DNA of 46,595 nucleotides from an uncultured Alphaproteobacteria bacterium (GTDB lineage Bacteria; Pseudomonadota; Alphaproteobacteria; CAAHEQ01; UBA3637): NCBI GenBank assembly GCA_944391585.1, contig CALXUD010000002.1, positions 1 to 46,595 of the forward strand, read 5' to 3'. Shown piece by piece: positions 44,047 to 46,595 of this stretch (position 1 is its first letter; each line of letters starts with the position of its first letter). The notes under the pieces were generated by a model. It saw only the letters and a program-made list of their open reading frames with translations, ran no database searches and was not told where the DNA came from. The position numbers and the translations under genes were made by a program.

Positions 44047-45823
44047 CTTGCCGATTTTATTATTTTCGCTTTTATTAACAATCAGTATTTTAACCAGTTT
44101 TGTTTCTTTTCGGATTGGGATTCCTTTAATTCTGACTTTTTTGTTTGTTGGACTTTTAGGTGGGCAAGGTGGCTTTGATTTAGTTGAAATTATTCCGGAT
44201 TCTGTGAATGCTTTTTTTGTGGGTTCGGTAGCGTTGGCATTGATTTTATTTGACAGTGGATATCACACACCGATACAGAGTTATCGAGCGGTTTTAGTTC
44301 CTTCTGTTGTTTTGGCAACCATTGGGGTTGTAATGACAGCCGTCTTTTTGATGCCGATTGCCAAAGAGGTTCTGATGATTGGTTGGTTACCGGCATTTTT
44401 GTTAGCTTCTATTATCAGTTCAACCGATTCGGCTTCCGTTTTTTTCTTGTTGCGGAATCAAGGGATTGCATTGCGTGAAAAAATGAAAGCGACGTTGGAA
44501 GTGGAAAGCGGGGCTAATGATCCGATGGCAATTTTCTTAACATTATCTTGTATTTTATTATTAAAAAATGTGGATGGCAAAGAGACAATAGATGCTTTCT
44601 TTTTAACGGAATCTTTTTTGTCGCAGTTGTTTGTCGGATTAAGCATGGGGGTTTTATTAGGGTATGGTTTAAGAATGATTGTGAACAAAGTGCATTTGGA
44701 ACATAATTTATATCCTATTTTAGTTTTGGCGTTGGCTTTATTTGGTTTTGCTGGCACGAATATGCTCAACGGCAGCGGTTTTTTGGCGATGTATATTAGT
44801 GGATTGATGTTAGGGAATAGTCGGATTCAGGCGGCGGTTCAGATTTCAAAATTTCAAAAAACCTTAACGTGGTTGTGCCAAATTGTGATGTTTATTTCGC
44901 TGGGGTTATTTGTTTCTTTTGATGGATTAGGTAAAATATTATGGCCGGCTATTTTAATTAGCTGTGCTTTAATTTTTTTAGCAAGACCATTAATGGTTTG
45001 GTTAATTTTATCCTTTTTTAGAGATTATAGTGCGAAAGAAAAGTGGTTTATTTCCGCCGTGGGATTAAGAGGAGCGACTTCTATTTTGTTAGCAATTGCT
45101 CCGATTGTGTATCAAGTGGAAGGAGCAACAACTTTTTTTAATGTGATTTTTGTGATGGTGGTGATGAGTTTAAGTTTTCAAGGATTTTTAATTCCGATTT
45201 TGGCGCGTTGGTTTAATGTACAAGTTCCGGTTTTGCAACGGCCGGCCGAAAAAAGTGAAATTGATTTACCGGGACTATTAGACAGTTCTTTATTGATGTA
45301 TGAGCTAACGGATCAATCGCCGGTTGTTTTGGGAAAACGTGTTCCAAAATGGGCGCGGCCCACATTGGTGATTCGAGACGGTGTGAATTTCGATGCCGTG
45401 CGTAAATTTAAAGCAGGGGATAAGGTTTATGTTTTATCATCTTCTGAACGGCGCCAACAATTGTTGGACCAATTGTTTGGCGGCGGAACGATTGAGGCAA
45501 ATTTAGATTTATTGGGAGATTTCCCCATTCCGGCGGATACAACGTTCGGCGAATTAGAGGCCTTATATGGTGTATCGGTGGCAGAGGGATTGAAAAAGCA
45601 AAGTGTTGGTACTTTATTGATGCAGGAAAGTTCGGATTTGGAAATCGGGGATCGGCTGAATTTAGATATTATTGATTTAGTGGTTCGGGAAATGGATGAG
45701 AATGGTGTACCAACCGTTGTAGGGGTTGATATTGATCCATCAAGACATCGTAAATTATATACTAAGACATTGTCAGTTAACGACTGTATCCCAGATGAAA
45801 AGGATAAATGCGCTTTGGCATGA
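44033..45823 (+). CDS. nhaP2: K+/H+ antiporter, CPA1 family (NhaP2/CvrA-like) with a C-terminal TrkA-C domain
   Basis: 596 aa. The N-terminus is ILTSFVSFRIGIPLILTFLFVGLLGGQGG, the GANDPMAIFL motif is present, and the C-terminus is a soluble domain. Confidence 0.85.
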   Translation: MEFINLPILLFSLLLTISILTSFVSFRIGIPLILTFLFVGLLGGQGGFDLVEIIPDSVNAFFVGSVALALILFDSGYHTPIQSYRAVLVPSVVLATIGVVMTAVFLMPIAKEVLMIGWLPAFLLASIISSTDSASVFFLLRNQGIALREKMKATLEVESGANDPMAIFLTLSCILLLKNVDGKETIDAFFLTESFLSQLFVGLSMGVLLGYGLRMIVNKVHLEHNLYPILVLALALFGFAGTNMLNGSGFLAMYISGLMLGNSRIQAAVQISKFQKTLTWLCQIVMFISLGLFVSFDGLGKILWPAILISCALIFLARPLMVWLILSFFRDYSAKEKWFISAVGLRGATSILLAIAPIVYQVEGATTFFNVIFVMVVMSLSFQGFLIPILARWFNVQVPVLQRPAEKSEIDLPGLLDSSLLMYELTDQSPVVLGKRVPKWARPTLVIRDGVNFDAVRKFKAGDKVYVLSSSERRQQLLDQLFGGGTIEANLDLLGDFPIPADTTFGELEALYGVSVAEGLKKQSVGTLLMQESSDLEIGDRLNLDIIDLVVREMDENGVPTVVGVDIDPSRHRKLYTKTLSVNDCIPDEKDKCALA

Positions 45824-45860
45824 GATGAGATATATTTTAAAAAGAACTTAAATAAATATA

Positions 45861-45891
45861 AAAAAACCGACCTTGAATGGTCGGTTTTTTT
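45861..45891. terminator. bidirectional rho-independent terminator between nhaP2 and the third pilin-like gene
   Basis: The stem AAAAAACCGACC / GGTCGGTTTTTT encloses a 6-nt loop. Confidence 0.8.
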
Positions 45892-45905
45892 GGAAGAAAG
45901 AAAAT

Positions 45906-46553
45906 TTACATATCTGTTCGGGCAACAATTGTGTTATTTTCAAAGCAAATAGTGGATATGCCGGTAACTTCGGATGCATATAAACTCCATGCCCCATATG
46001 AACCGCTGATGTGATCTGGTGAACCGCTGTGATCTGATTCACAAATTCCGCCACCAGCACCAATTAAAGAAGCAATTTGCATTGCGCGACCCTTTTTTAA
46101 GTCTGCTGGTTGGGAAGTAGATGATAAAACAGCGAATAAGTTTGGTTGGTATATTCCTTCAGTTTTATTAATTGGGGTATAAGAACCATAAACTTGAATA
46201 ATGTAATCGACATCCTCGCTATTTGATGTTCCAAATTCATAATTTGTTCCACGCAATAAAAAAGGATCAATACCAGAAAGAGAAGGATCAATATCAGTAA
46301 TATGGCTTGTGCAATTTGTGAGGTCGTTTGGAGAGCCGCACGCTTGCAAAAAAGTTTCTTTATTTGCATCCAAATAAGCAGAAACTGCATTTTTAACCAT
46401 CCGCATTTCATCCGCCATGTTAATGTTGGATACTTCTCGAGAGCGTTTAAGGGCTTGTTGGTAGACGATTGGTGTCATAATAGCCAAAATAGCCAAAACG
46501 GCGATGATTTCCATCATCATAGAACCGGATTCGTTTTCTTTCTTTTCTTGCAT
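45906..46553 (-). CDS. type IV pilin/pseudopilin-like protein (divergent)
   Basis: The N-terminus is MQEKKENESG|SMMMEIIAVLAILAIMTPIVYQQ: a charged leader, Gly, Glu at +5 and a hydrophobic helix. An AAGGAA RBS lies upstream. Confidence 0.6.
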   Translation of the reverse strand: MQEKKENESGSMMMEIIAVLAILAIMTPIVYQQALKRSREVSNINMADEMRMVKNAVSAYLDANKETFLQACGSPNDLTNCTSHITDIDPSLSGIDPFLLRGTNYEFGTSNSEDVDYIIQVYGSYTPINKTEGIYQPNLFAVLSSTSQPADLKKGRAMQIASLIGAGGGICESDHSGSPDHISGSYGAWSLYASEVTGISTICFENNTIVARTDM

Positions 46554-46595
46554 CGTGTATTCCTTTCTTTAATCTGTTCCTAAAGTGAATTTTCC

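Noticed and set aside
1-46595. A scan for CRISPR arrays, tRNA/rRNA genes, IS elements and long direct repeats.
   Set aside because: I recognised none by eye. All intergenic regions are under 375 nt and are explained by promoters and terminators. A tRNAscan, Infernal or repeat-finder run would be needed to be certain.

Overview
This 46.6 kb window is AT-rich, densely coding bacterial chromosome, with about 42 CDS, mostly on the minus strand, and many 4-26 nt stop/start overlaps. I recognised no rRNA, tRNA, CRISPR array, transposase or integrase by eye. Most genes are housekeeping: sodB, secA, rluD, ftsY, mtaB, corC, ybeY, phoH, miaB, ftsEX, plsC, anmK and rpmB. Gene content (COG4321-type RHH protein, a C-terminal J-domain protein, flhF/flhG) and the compaction suggest a reduced-genome alphaproteobacterium, possibly Holosporales- or Rickettsiales-like, but that guess is low confidence. 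Five accessory elements stand out. (1) An orphan VirD4/TraG-type coupling ATPase sits in a tight four-gene operon with a membrane-anchored PD-(D/E)xK/NERD-like protein, an HNH-like protein and a SUKH/SMI1-like immunity-type protein. No type IV secretion (T4SS) channel, relaxase or integrase gene is present in the window. (2) A minimal flagellar cluster has a truncated FliF and a full-length FliG encoded as one 632-aa polypeptide, followed by fliN, flhF and flhG. (3) Three dispersed type IV pilin-like genes are present; two share a nearly identical non-canonical leader, G|RSMVE. (4) A polytopic membrane protein with a HEAT-repeat domain is paired with a stand-alone cyclic-nucleotide-binding protein. 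(5) A Bat-like VWA/TPR operon lacks moxR and carries a long acidic low-complexity insert. A 461-codon ORF at the left edge (a GT-C glycosyltransferase) is missing from the supplied ORF track. All product calls come from motif recognition by eye; no searches were run.
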